The notes beneath the pieces are model-generated. The model was not told the DNA's origin, searched no databases, and saw only the letters and a program-made list of their open reading frames with translations. Positions 38,805-51,109 of a stretch of DNA of 64,000 nucleotides are shown here, one piece after another; the first letter of the stretch is position 1, and each line of letters starts with the position of its first letter. The position numbers were made by a program, and so were the translations under genes. The stretch covers positions 31,062,001-31,126,000 of the forward strand of contig NW_027266297.1 in NCBI RefSeq assembly GCF_022045235.1, in the 5' to 3' direction. The stretch comes from Haliotis cracherodii (Eukaryota).

Positions 38805-38922
38805 CTGCTATACGTATGACAGCTCTGTCCGCTGGGTCCAGCTGCAAAACACACAGTGGAAGAGACTCGTAGTCTTCCTGGAATTGGTAAAAATCCTTAC
38901 AATGGTACGGTGATCGATCCAT
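38805..38922 (-). CDS. MACF1: Spectraplakin alternative first coding exon A: MDRSPYHCKDFYQFQEDYESLPLCVLQLDPADRAVIRIA
   Basis: aacATGg start with an in-frame upstream TGA; 118 nt ending phase 1 at GCAG|GTATG. LDPADRAVIRIA-D matches the LDPAERAVLRIAD motif that precedes CH1 in MACF1/dystonin/plectin isoforms. Strong acceptor tttactttatcttgcag| at 38991, so the exon is probably 38990-38805. Confidence 0.9.
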
Positions 38923-39179
38923 GTTTCTTGTTTTAGTATTCCTTCATGGTGTGGACTGGTCTAGTTCAACTCGCTGTAATCATGCCACATCTGCAAGATA
39001 AAGTAAACTCCTACACATTCGACATATTTTGGCAGCTAAGTTCATGTGACATGCAGAAAAATGGCTAGCAGACAGCGATATCATTACCGGCTTGGTCGCG
39101 TATTTCACTTCCGACTCTGCCTACAACTTACCATATTTTAACAACCAGGTTTGCTTTTTAAAAACAGCAACTCTCTTAC

Positions 39180-39260
39180 CACTTGAGCCGTCCCATAATA
39201 TTATTCCAGTCGAAAACCATTCCATTTTCTAAGAACATGGCCGCGAGTAGCCAAACGATT
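39180..39260 (-). other. Putative non-coding 5' exon upstream of exon A (5' boundary approximate)
   Basis: Donor AGTG|GTAAGA after 39180 and alternative donor ATG|GTAAGT after 39132; YY1-like GCCATGTT at ~39235-39242; CpG-containing region. Confidence 0.45.
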
Positions 39261-42200
39261 CTGTCTATGCAAACACAGTTACTTCCCTTTGAAGAACAGC
39301 TGCAAATCCCTTCTCCTCCCCATTATTGGAAATTATGTTTTAAAATTTTAGAAATAAAATGCACCGCCCGACAAAAAACATTTCTTACAATAAGCAAATC
39401 AGTAATAGAAGATATAGCAACCGAAACCTTGGAACCTCTTAAATCTCAAGTATCGATAAAATCCGAATATGGTAGTTTATGAGTCAATACAACGGAGGGA
39501 GGCATACTGAATGTGGGAACAGCATTTGTTGGTCAATAATTCTCGTGTCTTCGCAACTCAGCCAATGAAATTCCAGTGAAGTGATGTCACCACGTACCGG
39601 TGCACGCGCTGCCGGTGGGATCAAAGGTACAATACCGACCGAGCTGTAGTTTATTGTCTCCCTGATTAAGCTTGTTAGGACGCATTGTTGTACCTGCTAA
39701 TATGTTAAAGGAACAGGTAATTTAATGCGGAAAACAGCGATACATGTCCGTAAACAAATGTGAACCGAAGGTGATCGTTCCTGTATCACGCTGAAATGAG
39801 TGATGATTTATCATTTGCCCCCCCACCACCATAAAATCGACAACGTGTACGACTTGTTTTCATTGTTTTTCTGGTGTCATTCTGATGATTCAATATTTGT
39901 CATTTTGATCGTAGTTATGATTACCATTCCAACGGCCACGTGGAAGAATATTCCAAATGTTGCAATTTTGGGAAAGCGATTTAATGAGCGGATTATCTGT
40001 TGAAAGGATTATGACCTGAATGGTTTAAACGTTTCGTGAAAGTAAGCAACCACTACCACACACACACACACACACACACACACACCACATCCCCAGCCCG
40101 TTTCTCCGCCAAAATATTTCAAAAGAAATCATTAAATTATAACCTGTACCCGTTCTTGCACCTGCAAATCTCACAAGTCATTACGATAAGCTCATGCTGT
40201 AGTTTCTAATGAACGTGTATTTGAGGATGATTTATTTGATCGTTTGTTTGGAAAGGATCGTCAAATGAAAAAGTTAGAAGTTTTCTTGTCAAAATCTGAC
40301 TCACTGTTTTATGGACGTGTGTATACATGATTGGATGAACTTTATCAAATTTCCTAGAACTGCTTGTCTGTTTTGTGAATAGACTAATGACACCCTTCGG
40401 CGTGGCATACTTGTCCACATAGCAATTTCAATGAAACATACATCTCAGTTTGTTGACACCTGACATAGTGTGAAATACAAGTGATGGACGGCGTGATAGC
40501 AACATAGTTGAAATGTACATTTCGCGAGGCGATATAGACAGTTATACATGAAGGTCAAGGCCAGTCGAAAGACTCATGCCATATACCCCCAAATTATCAA
40601 CGATAGATCAGATATCATTTCATAACATATTTATTCGACATTTATGGTTACCAATTTCTCAGATTAATCGACGCCTATAACTCATATACATTTTAACGGT
40701 ATTTTGTACGTGCAATTTTCACATTGGGTAGAAATAACACGCACTACTCGTGCAGACTGAAGTGTGAATTCGGCACCTTGCAGCCGTTAATGCTCTTGTT
40801 GCTATATGCTTACTTCCTGTGGTAAATTCGGCCGATGCTTATGCGAGATGAAACACGACACATGGTGGACACGCCCACTTAAGTGCCGTGTAACAAATAT
40901 GCAATGAATCATAACACAGACGTTTCATTTTCATCTATTTTCAAAACAGTTAACCTTTCCGGTGGAGTTTGATGTCATTAATGAAATAAATCAAGATCTA
41001 GATAACTATCAACATAAAAAGCAGAGTAAACTGAAACTGAAAACTGAGATCCAATTTCTCTTAGATGAAATGTACATGACATGTACAATACAGAAATAGA
41101 CATGTATTCATATCACGTTACACATGCGTTACTTACGTGACAGTACCTATATGCATTACTGTATGAAATGAGTGAAACACACGCTCGGGACTGTCCATGC
41201 CTGTCCAAAGGTGCATTAGATATTAATAGCCGTAATCATTTGCAAATACGGTTTATATGTATCCCACGATATTTGATAAATCACCACATCATTCGCGTGA
41301 ACATTTCCGATTGCGATATCTTACACTCTAAAAGGCGCGGGCATCCTGAGGCGTGTATTTGTTGATAGTTGATGATTGATAGGGATTAGCCAATCATGTT
41401 AAATTGAAAGCGGATATTGTGATGCACTGCCATTATCAGCTGATAACAAAATATTTTATCGTTGAAATGTTATGTAATATTTTTTATCATAACTCGATTG
41501 GTAGATGAGTTATCTTCATCGTTTTATATAATTAAAAGTCTAATACAGAAGCGTTTTTGAAAAAGCCCATTATTTACACAAGACTGATATTTGAAGTGAA
41601 CTCGTGAAGTTGCAGACCAGCTCGTGGGAAGAAAGGTACGGTCTAAGGGAGATAACTCGTGAGGTCTTGGCGTCCAATGATGTCCGAATCAAGAATGACC
41701 AGCGATACGGTATATTATGTACCGCTAATTGTGGTGTTGATGGGCAAATGTACTTCTCACGATCTCACTTAGCGTTTATTAATTTCTTGTAACAAAAACA
41801 AAAATATGTTGGGGCACGGTTAAGGTGAAGGAGGTTTCCAGTTCGGGGTATACAAAATCATACCTGTTCCTTCCATGTGGTCGTTAAGATGTGTAAACAT
41901 AATATTATATATCAGTTTTAAGATTAAGACCAGTTATAACTAACGTCCTCTGTCAGAAGTGCATGTATGTTTGTGGGTTTGGGTCACGAGACCGGGTGGC
42001 GAGCGCATGTGCTCATTGCGTACAGTAAAGGGATTCAGCTCCAAATATCGACACGGGTCACCCATTAATTCTTTGTACTATATTTCGGAAACAAATAATT
42101 CCGTGCAAAGAGCTATATTAACATAATGAGACAAATTACTATAAATTCTAATATGTTAATTAGCTACTACCATTTCACTACTTCCAGAAGTAGGTCTACA

Positions 42201-44133
42201 GCCCTCACAGCGATGTGTGTTGCTAGCGAGGAGAGCGAGGAGTCGATATTGACAACAATCGCTCTTTATGTCTTTGATGTTTCCCGTTGATTGACAGGTC
42301 CCGATTTCCCATGACAGGTCTCGTGACCCAGGTCATGTACATTTCGTCTAGCAGGTGCCCGCCTACACAGCGCGTCCCTGAATAGGACGTTTCAGAATAA
42401 ACTGTTAGGTGGAAGAAAGTGTGAACGTTTCAAAGAGTCGTTTTGTAATGTAATGGTCTCGTAAAGAATTACCTTGTCACTTAAACATTTCAACCCTTTT
42501 ATACCAACAATTGTTACATTTGCGTACTCACGAAATAAAGCATTTCAGAGAGAAGCAAGTTATACTTAACGTTTCCATGACAACCTATGCTACAGATGAC
42601 ACACAAAGCCGGATGTGCTATCCATAAAGATTATAAACTTTATGAAAACAAACCTCTCCTAATATATTTATTAAATATAGCAATTATCAAGGGCGGTTAT
42701 AATTTTCAGCAAGATGAAATCGCGTTTGGTAATCATGTCATTTTGTTAAAAATATATCACATGAGTTGATCATATAAATTTTACTGGTATATATTTACTT
42801 TTTATATACCCGTTTACCTATAAGATTGTTTAATATGTTACAGAAAGGGTTATGCGCAGTTTTGCAACCGCTTTTGATCCGCGTCTGATTATTTTCACAA
42901 AACCTGCACCGTGCTATACATCCTATGCTACATTGCTCGATATCTTGTATTATTTTCAACTACTTTTGACACAATTTCTCAGTTACTTGGACCTTGCAAT
43001 AATATTTATCATAACTAAGATATACATAATGATAAAACTAAAATAACATTCGCTAAAAAAGATATGATTTTTTTTATATTTCTGCTGACACTGGAGAGGT
43101 GAAGGAGGGGCTTGTGGGGTCACGGGTTTCCCAGGGCAACAAGCACGTCTTTGGTCCTCGCAACTACACTCAGAAGTCATTAGCTGGAGTGGCAAAAACA
43201 GCCGGGGGCTCTCAAAATAATTTAATTCACATAAAAAACCTTCACATGTATTGTCGATATGTGTATTCTTGTTGGGAACGAGATCTTTGGAGATAAGCTT
43301 GCTCGTAAAACGTGCATCTCGTGCAAATCTCAACACGGACTCGATCTATTCGTTAGACTGAAGACACCCGCGATGTCCCCTATAGTTCGGCGCAGACAAA
43401 CAACATGTCATCAGCGGTATCCCTCGATGCTTACATTCAATAAATTACTTAACATGTCGTGGAATTGCAATTCAAGAGACACGACTGATTTCTAGGATGT
43501 GAATATTTAAGTGATTATCCTCGATCCATGAAGCTCATGCAGTTTTCCATTTTGAACTGTGCCAATTATCCCGTGTTTGCATGACCATGGTGAGGAAAAA
43601 CGGCCCTTCGCTTATATCTGGACCTCCATTGCTCGTTCAGCTTACTGACCTTGACCTAAACCAACTTAAGCAACAACAGAGCCTCCTGTCTGTCTCCCTA
43701 GAGAATTGTTTTAAAAATAAACTCAAGTCTAGAATGATTTGGTAAGTCTAGATTAATCGTTCTCGGTTCCATTTATATTTTAGTTTGTTATCTTGTAGCT
43801 ATTTTATATAAGATAACTTGATTATCAAAACGTTACTAGTCTGAAAACAGTCGCCGAAACTTTGCAAACGTAACGTCCACACACGACTATGATTCCTGTA
43901 TCAAATGCATCTCCATTAAATAAACACTTTTTCTTTGTTTAATTTTCAGCCGTCATCAAATATTGGTGTATGCTTTCTTTTTCCCGGCAGTATATTTTCA
44001 AAGTCCTGTCTTCAACACATATCCACTATATACAGATTCGCACTAACGAGGTCTCACTGTACTGAGGTAAGTAGCTTATTGTCTACGTCTGAGGTTGACT
44101 GGCCTCTTCATGATGAGTGAGATATGGTTTAAC

Positions 44134-44310
44134 GCAGCTTCGAACAATATTTCTGTTACGTGAGGTCGTATCCAATAGGTATAAGGAAATTCCGAAGTGA
44201 CACCAGTCATAGATGTGCACCACTTTGGTGGAGTCTACGACCTCTAGTATTGTGCTGATATAGGTAAAGAGTCGTAATCGATTGAATCTGAGATTCAAAC
44301 CCACGACCAA
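44134..44310 (-). mobile_element. SINE family C, old degenerate copy
   Basis: Tail, CCGAAGTG stem and B-box remnants. Confidence 0.5.
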
Positions 44311-44596
44311 GATGACGTTACATCATTCACAGATATTGTAATATGACACGTGATTGATAACATATTGTCACAGTTGATAACATGTAAGCAAACGTTCAGA
44401 ATGCATACACATGAAGTGCGCCGTTTACACAATAAGTCATAATCCATATCTGATTAAATCTGATAAGTAGAACAATGGTACCTACTTGTTATTCCGAACG
44501 TAGCATGTTACGTGCATCGACTCGAGATAAAAGGGATTCACGAGGACGGTTTATTCAGCTTATCGTCTTACATGTTGTACTTAATAAAATACCAGC

Positions 44597-44875
44597 GAGC
44601 GAGTGAGTTGGGGCAACGCCGATTTTGACAGTATTCCAGTTATATCACGGCGTGTCCACTTAATGGTGAGAAAAGCGCGAAGCGAGGCAGGTCTGAGGCA
44701 TTCCCGATTCTTCCGACAGACGATTTAGGCGAAACCCACAGGAACAAGAATGGTGTTGACATATCAAGAAACAGAATCAGGGCGAACCGGGATTCGAACC
44801 ACAATCATAGTTTTCTCGTGCGCCCAAGGTACGCAACTCTCCACAGTAAATTGCGGCACCTGAGACGACTGGGTG
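44597..44875 (-). mobile_element. SINE family C, diverged
   Basis: Family match. Confidence 0.75.
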
Positions 44876-45074
44876 ATAAAATACCAACTTCCCTTGAAAG
44901 GTGAATCTTTAATAATATCAAAGTCAGACATAATTTGGAATGAGAAGTTTCGATATGCAAGACGTAAGTATTCATATATATTAAGGTACTTTAATGTTTC
45001 TAGTGTTGTGAAGGAAGGTGTACATTGAGCCATCTCTTAGTGACGACGCATGTGCATCAGGGACAACTCTTTTA

Positions 45075-45237
45075 GTGAGTGAGTATGGTTTTACGCCGCT
45101 TTTTAGCAATATTCCAGCAATATCACGACCGAGGACACTATAAATGGGCTTCACATATTGTACCCAAGTAGAGCATCCAACCCGGGTCTTCGGCGTACCG
45201 AGCGAACGCTTTAACCATTGGGCTACCCTGGCGTCCG
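45075..45237 (-). mobile_element. SINE family A
   Basis: Family match. Confidence 0.8.
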
Positions 45238-46758
45238 ACTATGCTTAGAGAGTGTCTTACTGTAAGAAGTGGATAATGAACAACGTGCTTGAGGTTATAC
45301 AATATTGTTCAACGCATCATATCTAGACTGATACTTAGTCCCAGAAATAAAGTTATCTTATTTAAAAACATATATCCACAAATAAAATCCAAAAGGAGAC
45401 ATGAACAATCCTTAATTTCAGGTGAGACAATTTAGACTTGCCAAATCATTCTAGACTTGAGTTGGACTCATTTATATATTATTTTCTCTCGGGTCTGGGA
45501 GAAAGACTAGTATCATACCCAACTACAGGTGTTAGATAGAGTAGCAACAGAAACTATGAAATCACTTAAATCCATATATATATGATAAGGCATTTGTACG
45601 TTAGGTTAATAAATCATAACTTCCCAAAGCATTAATAACACACTGGTCCTCGTGTTGCAGCTGTGAAATGTACATTACACTATACTGTTAGCTATTGTGG
45701 ATAGCGCGACACCATGCGTAAATCATATCGGTATGAACTACAACTAGCCAAATAGGGCTGTCAGGGAGTCTACCTACATAAGCCTTAGATCGGTTCCGAT
45801 TCTCTACATACAAATCTACCCAATAATGTAACATAATTGTGTGTAGATATACGCTAACATAACGGTACTTCAAAATCATTGTCATTAGCGCTTATAAGAA
45901 TCGCATATCTTTTTTTGTGAACCATTTTCATCATTTTCAAATCTTGGCGCAGCAGCCTTCATTACAGAGTTTGGTGCAGTCGACTTCAATACAAACCATA
46001 CCACACGCATCAAAATAACAGAACTTCCCTCTTGCAAAATACTCACATCAACAATAATCCCGACTCTCGAGGTGTACCCCAAGTCGGCATTTAGAACGCT
46101 GTTCACCACAACCCAGTTACAAGGAACAATGACAAGTTAGGCTCGTGCACGGTGTCACTTCAAGCCGGCCCCTACCCTCAACTGTGTAAGCTAATCTACA
46201 TAATCCCCTACCCGCAATACTGCCACAGCTGGCTTATCTCACGGAGACGATAATGAGAGACTCAGGGCAAAAGTTACAGGGTCCGCTGAGGTCACGTTGA
46301 CCTTCTGAGTGCATTGGACATGACTTGGCGTATGATGGTCCGTACGTGCACGGTCATTGTATGGTTTGTCTCCAATGTAATCTTTGATAGCAACTTAGAA
46401 GGACATGGAACCAGTTATTGCTAACTTCTTTATTTGTGTTGTTGTTATGTTAGACTAACAGTTAGTCTATGAAATATTATATTACACAATATCCTTCTTG
46501 ACTAAAAAAATAATACAAAAAATCCCCTATGCTGATTTCATGTGGAATAAAGCTAGCTAGGGCTGGCTAGACTTGCTTTTGTATGCGTTTCTACATTGTT
46601 TCAAAAAGAGCAACATTTCATTCATAAATACGCGCCTAAGTTAAATGTAAAGGCGTAAGTTATTTGTCCATTGTCACCTTGGTATTGTGACGTCATAGTT
46701 TCCTAAATGTTATGACGTCACGTAACTATATGTGACTACATCATGTCCATTATTCACT

Positions 46759-46809
46759 ATACGGCCTGATGAGACTCGTACGTGGTACGGGTTGAAAGCG
46801 CTAGCCTAT
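46759..46809 (+). ncRNA. Minimal type I hammerhead ribozyme (Penelope-like element type)
   Basis: GGC-CUGAUGA-[stem II gACUCGUAC/GUACGGGUu]-GAAA-GCGC-UA-GCC; palindromic helix III AGCGCU; downstream ATTAAA. Confidence 0.7.
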
Positions 46810-47197
46810 TAAAACTGTGTTCAATCTTACTCCACTTATTTGATTATTACTATATATATGTATATATATATATATACGTGTTTTCTTGTTTTTTTTTAAT
46901 ATATTAGTTATCATGCTTGTTTATAAGCTTGGTTATTTACCTCCGTAATCGATAGCTGCATACATGTATGGACTTTTAACACGTGTGCATGGTCGATGAT
47001 TTGAATTATAACAGCCTGCATTCTTGTATATATTGTACTATGTTATGCTATACTATATATGGTATTTCATATCCTATTTGTGTCACACGTGCACCTGCTG
47101 TATTATTGAATACTAGACATGTATTCATGTTGTCAGCAGTATGTCTGCAATTCATATTTCATCTGTTAGATACAGCAACTGTGTAGGATCAGTACTT

Positions 47198-47306
47198 GGG
47201 CACCTTCTGCAATGTGATCGCAGCGCTAAGATGATCGTAACTCCCATACTTTAACATAGACTTACGACAGTCGTAGAGCTACGATCGCTTTGTGGAATGG
47301 GTCCCT
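47198..47306. mobile_element. ~110-bp MITE; single-unit form of the 53-bp array element
   Basis: Inverted ends ..TGATCGCAGC / GCTACGATCGCTTTGTG..GGGTCCC around one array unit. Confidence 0.7.
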
Positions 47307-48268
47307 TAGACTAGAATGCGTGTCATTTTGACTTTAAATGGAGTTTTCGTACCAGTACGCCATGACGTACCGATATAGGAATTCTGGTCTTTGCAGTCAC
47401 CCTACAGCTCACTCTGAAAGACTGGACCATTAATACAGTAAGACTGACCCGACACACTATCTCCTAGCCTCTGGTATCCTTGTACATACAGATTTAACAC
47501 ACATGATCTTCAATGTAAGTACACGTATATCCATTATGTAAGTTCAAAGGCTTGGTAGAACATGAAAAGCTAGAAAGGAACGGGGCCCAGGTGCCTCAAT
47601 GTCATTGAATATTATAGGAACTTGATGAGGAGGGAACGGCACGTTGCAACCTCTTTGAAATATGTGTAGGTGACACGCAGATCTAATCCCCGTAGAATCT
47701 GTCTTCTGAACAGAAGGGATGAGTTTGACACATCAAAGCCAGCGCAGAGTTAGGCCCCTTGGACGTGCCAGGATCCGCTTATTGAATACCGAACTCAGTT
47801 CGTTTATGAACCATGGTTTGTCAGCGCCCTAGAAGAGACGCATGTTGTGGGCGTGTACCGCTCTAGTGAACCCGCCAGCACGTGTATGGTGCGACATATG
47901 CTAACATTTAGTCCCAGAAATATAGTTATCTTATAAATATATCAATTTTAACAAAATAATATCCAAACGCGGCAATCTAGACTTGCCAAATCATTCTAGA
48001 CTTGAGTTGGAGTTTATTTTCGAGAGTCTGGAAGAGAGACAAGGTGCTAACACACCAGGAATCGTTATCACTGCACGTTGTGATTGTTTTTCTGTGGTAA
48101 GTATTTACCCCTCCGTAACAGACCGTTGACTTGCAAGTAACATTAATCTCATACTTGACAATCATGATTCCTGCTCTTTCGAAAATCTGAGTATAAAAAG
48201 TGAAAAGTGGACCTCGGTAACCTCATTAACAACCTTAGCGATTGCGACGTGTTAACGTGTTAACGTAA

Positions 48269-48444
48269 CATTGCCATCCTGGAAGTGTTACATTGCCATC
48301 CTGGAAGTGTTACATTGCCATCCTGGAAGTGTTACATTGCCATCCTGGAAGTGTTACATTGCCATCCTGGAAGTGTTACATTGCCATCCTGGAAGTGTTA
48401 CATTGCCATCCTGGAAGTGTTACATTGCCATCCTGGAAGTGTTA
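48269..48444. repeat. Perfect 22-bp tandem repeat x8
   Basis: CATTGCCATCCTGGAAGTGTTA. Confidence 0.95.
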
Positions 48445-49296
48445 TGGTTAAAACTTCAACACTCTTCACACTGTCCGCTATCAATATTGTAACATATTGG
48501 GCATGAGAGAGTCAAGATACATTCTGGCAGGTCAGACTTGACAGAGAACACACGCAATGTGTACCAAAAACAAATCTATCAAAGTATTTATGTGATATCA
48601 AAATAATATAAACTCACAACCAATAAATGATTAACCTAATATACATACTTAACAAGCAAGTTATAAAATACTTAGAGAATATTGAAACATGTTTTGAAAT
48701 ACATATAAAACTCATTCGTGCAAACCACGTACCTGTCTCTTCTGTAAGCGAGACCAAAGTGAATGTTCCTAGCCAATCCTGCAAATGTATCCTACATTGT
48801 ATCCTACATTGGTCCTTTAGGAGAACACACCTGGTCTTCTTAGAATCGCATTGTGTGTGACCACCCTTGCCCTTCCTTGGCGTGTGTGTGCAGAGAATAG
48901 AGTAAGTATGGTGCTCTGCTTGGACTGTGTTCTATAGGTCCGTCACAAAAACGATGAACGTTGTAAGCTGTAGCGCAGGGCTGAACTGACGAGGTTTAAA
49001 TGACGTGTGGTTGTTCCGGGCGAAGGCATGCCCCCCACAGCCTTGGGTCGGACCTACAGGAGGTCGTTCTGAATATAGGAGCTTCAGTTGCAAGGAATTG
49101 AGCTGTAGCGACTGATCAAACTGTCCAAGCATTCAATTGACTGTGGGCCGACGACAGCGTCGCGATTATTACTATTAATCGTTTAAACCGATTTCATACA
49201 AGATTGATAGTTGAAGAATGGTGATGATTGACGACTCTTGTAACAGATATAAGTATATTGTTTCTGCTTGTAAGTATTTTGTTTTCAACCTAAATA

Positions 49297-49597
49297 GGGG
49301 GGGGGGGGGGGGGGGGGGCACGGGTGGCCCAGTCGTCTCAGGCGCCGCGATTCGCTGTGCAGAGTTGCGTCCCTTGGGCACGCCAGAACCCTATGATTGT
49401 GGGTTCGAAACCCGGTTCGCCCCGATAATATTTCTTGGTTTGCAGCACCATACCGGTGTTCGTGAATTTCACCGAAGTGGTAAACACCTGAGACCTGCAT
49501 AACCTCGGGTTCTCCTCCAACATTAAGCTGACACGCCACGATATAACTGTAAAACTGTTCAAAGCGTTAAACCCATCTTACTCACTCACTCACTCAC
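49297..49597 (+). mobile_element. SINE family C (tRNA-Leu-like head, V-domain-like core) with a 5' G run
   Basis: TGGCCCAGTCGTCT(C/A)AGGCGC A-box region, GGGTTCGAA B box, ACTC tail. Confidence 0.85.
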
Positions 49598-51109
49598 CCA
49601 TAATAAGTTCATATGAAGAGACAAGATGTTCCATTCTGAACATGTTCATATGTCAGACTACTGTCAGAGTTACCTCCCCCAAAGGGGCGTTTACGATTGG
49701 AAAGGAAGCTGAATCTATCATAAAACAATAACTGCAGTTGGACCCTCTATCTGTCGTAGATCTCCTGAAGCCAAGAGATGCAAAGCGAAGGCCAAATCAG
49801 ATGTAACTCTTTTTCTGAAAGATGGTCAGTTACTCGGACGTCGCAGCCAAAGAAATTCTGTAAATTTCTAAAGATAAAAAAATCAAATCATATCAATACG
49901 AAAATAGAAATATTATCAATACTGAAATCCAATTAGATATGTGTACCCTACTCACACACATGAGTCCCATAGAAGTGCAGCTCAGCCGAAATTGCTATGG
50001 CAGTAGACGATCTTAAACACGCAAAGCAGCAATATTATATCCCTGTCTTTCTTCAGCGGTTAGAGGCTGCAAACTCCAGCAGTTTTCTAATGTCTTTTTC
50101 AGTGTCTACCGCATGCTCGGTCACCATTCTTGGTCACAGATATAGATTAATGATTTACGACTCCATATACATGTTTGTGTTTTCAAAATTCGATTAATCT
50201 GTTGATATTGATACTTGAAACAAAAAATCTTTCTCCTAACAGCACTTGGTTTAGTCCACCCAAACTACAGAATAGGGGTGTGAGGTTAACCCCTTGAATG
50301 CCATCTTTCCTACAAGGATCCCCCTCACCAGTATTAGGGGGCATATTTGGGATACACATCAGAGACTTTAGCTACACACATTTCTTACTGCTGACGCACC
50401 CTGCAGACCTAATGGTAATTATAAGCTCGTGTTCTGGGACAATATTAAGATACCACACATAGGATAATGATTACCATTATTAATTATATTAATACAACAA
50501 CTTTGAACAAATTGTAAATATGTTGTAGATACGGAAACAAATTAATTTCAGGATGTGTGGGCAACATATTCATTTCAGTTGACAATCAGTTGGAAATCAA
50601 CAAATTGCAGTTTACGAGTCAGTGAATCTATTCGTGATACTGTTGAGCAAATCCAAATATTTATTTTTTCACAATAGTTGGAGAATAATTAACGAGGCCT
50701 ACTACATAATCAAATTGAAGCTATTGAAGGTAGATAACTGTTTATAGATACCAAATGCCTAATCATGAAAATTAGTTTCAAAGTCGATGGTTGTGTAGTA
50801 AATATTACTGAAGATCAAATCTGACAACATGTGGAGGTCAAGGAGGTCATCGGAGGTCAGGGAGGGCAACCAGTGTAGCATATGCGCATACATCGACCCT
50901 ACAACAAATGGGCATCTCCTTGTTTCGCAGACTTTAACTCAGCGTGACGTGAGCCCACTGGATCGAGATTCGCCCCTTTAAATTCCCAAGCAACTGCTCC
51001 AGCAAACGCCAGCACTCGGGTAACGACATGCGTGGTAGTCATTAATTTCAAGTCGAATAAATCTTACAAATTTGCATTGTTGAATGAAATAGGTACTCTT
51101 CCTGCTATC

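Noticed and set aside
41980-42330. 14-bp inverted repeat TGGGTCACGAGACC
   Set aside because: No TSD or second copy; too little to call an element.
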